NCBI RefSeq assembly: GCF_006345805.1
Contig: NC_042999.1
Location: 36,394,001 to 36,458,000 of the forward strand
Source: Octopus sinensis
Lineage: Eukaryota
DNA: 64,000 nucleotides
Reading direction: 5' to 3'
Shown here: piece by piece, positions 62,346-64,000 of the stretch
How positions within the stretch are numbered: position 1 is the first letter of the stretch
Layout: every line of letters begins with the position of its first letter
The notes under the pieces: generated by a model
What the model was told of the DNA's origin: nothing
The model's database searches: none
What the model saw: the letters and a program-made list of their open reading frames with translations, nothing else
Position numbers and translations under genes: made by a program

Positions 62346-64000
62346 AATGAATGGTATTGGCGCAGTGAACGCAGACCATGTGGCTTGTAATGGTGATTAT
62401 TGATTGAAACACTGGATTCCGCTGCTCAGATCCGGGTTGTTTTTTTTTTTTTTGACTACAGTTACGAGTAAGTGTTTATTTTTCATGAGCTCTCATTCTC
62501 ACAAGCACTGCTATTTTATATTTGAAATAAAAATACTTTCTTGAATAAATATATGGAGCACAGCTGGATACTCCACCAAACGTCTGAAGAAAGTTTTTGT
62601 CAAGATCAATACCTTCATTGGTAGGGGTGGGGGTGTTCTCAGACCCCCAGGAAAGAGACTGTCTACTGTGAAAGCTGGAACTAAGTGCCACTATCATCAC
62701 GCAAGAGGTGTTCTTTATTTTCAATCTTCTGTGAAAACACTTCTGGTCATGGAGGAATTTTATCTAGCTTGGAAACAGGTGAGGGCTAGTGACAGAAATG
62801 GCATCCAGACTTAGAAAAGCCTGCCTCAACAGATTCTGTCCAACCCATGCCAGCATGGAAAAGTGAGCATTAAAATGATGATGATATTTCTTTCTACTAA
62901 AGGCACAAGGCCTGAAATTTGTGGGGAGGGGGCTAGTCAATTACATAGACCCAAGTGTTTTACTGGTACTTAATTTATCAACCCTGAAAGGATGAAAGGC
63001 AAAGTTGACCTTAGTGGAATTTGAACTCAGATTGTAAAGACAGACGAAATACTGCTAAGTATTTTACCAGCTCGCCAGCTTTAAAATCATGGTGATAATG
63101 ATGATACAAAAGGCTTACACACAGATTCCTTCAACCAAAGACACTTACAAGGCATTGCTCAGCCTGGGGCTAAAGCAGAAGATACTTGCCCAAGATGCTA
63201 CACAGTGGGACTGAACCCACAGCTATCTGGTTGCAAAGTAAGCCTCATAACCACATAGCTCTTCCTGTGCCAAGTTTAATTTCACTAAACATGTCTTCAA
63301 TTATGAGCCTGATAATTATTCTTCAGTTCTCTTTCATATTCAGTTTTTGGTCCCTTTTTCTATCAAACATGTATATCTAAAATAATTATTGATTTCAAAT
63401 TTCTGCACAACGCCAGCAACTTCGAGAGAGGAATGGTGTTAGTTGATTACATCAACCCTAGTGTTGAACTGGTACTTATTTTGTCGACTGCAAAAAAGAT
63501 GAAAGGCAAAGCTGACCTTGGTGGAATTTGAACTCAGAACGTAAGGACAGGTGAAATACTGCTAAACATTTTGCCTGACAGAGTAATGATTCCGCCAGCC
63601 CACCACCTTTATATCTAAAGTAATTATTAACAGCAGTTTAAAGGATGTACATTGGCCAAGTGTTACCTCGTTCATATGTTACACTATACTTTAAATGAAT
63701 TGCAAATGTACATTTACAAACACATTTTTATCATCACAATGGTATATCTCTGAAGCAAATTATAATATATGATGCGCACATCTAAAACAATCAATATTTA
63801 ACACATTTCTTTGTCACTTTGATTTTTTTCTATTTTCATTCTTCTCTTTTTTTTTATATATATATATATTTAAACTAATTCTATAAGCACCTGAAACAAG
63901 CTCATGTATATTCTCTTTGACATATAGAAGCACTTATATCATTTACAAGAATAGATTTTTTTTAGCAAATAGAGGATAACATTAGTGGCTTTATGAGAAA

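Noticed and set aside
62476-62724. 82-aa minus-strand ORF in unique sequence
   Set aside because: No recognisable domain and no supporting neighbouring exons; chance ORFs of this size are plausible.

Overview
AT-rich, microsatellite- and retroposon-dense animal DNA. The repeat families (CORE-type and Meta-type tRNA-SINEs, (GAT)n-tailed RTE) suggest an octopus/coleoid cephalopod; this is inferred, not searched. One complete gene is supported: FBXW2-like F-box/WD40, 3 coding exons, 470 aa, + strand. A probable terminal exon of an unidentified minus-strand gene lies at 38.1 kb and a bidirectional housekeeping-type promoter at about 58 kb. Most of the rest is SINEs, LINE fragments (RTE, CR1, R4/Dong-like RLE, ORF1-only heads), Penelope-like elements (PLEs), mariner/Tc1/hAT/piggyBac/Helitron remnants and a deleted Gypsy element. 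The most striking unexplained signal is a set of hammerhead ribozymes (HHRs). A near-perfect 2 x 351-nt tandem at 28061-28762 carries a canonical extended type I HHR in each unit and is flanked by a 16-bp target-site duplication, i.e. a candidate circRNA-forming non-LTR retrozyme. Several PLE-type ends carry minimal HHRs whose core 3-8 base pair is C-G, U-A or G-C in different families. All structures were folded by eye and none is experimentally tested.
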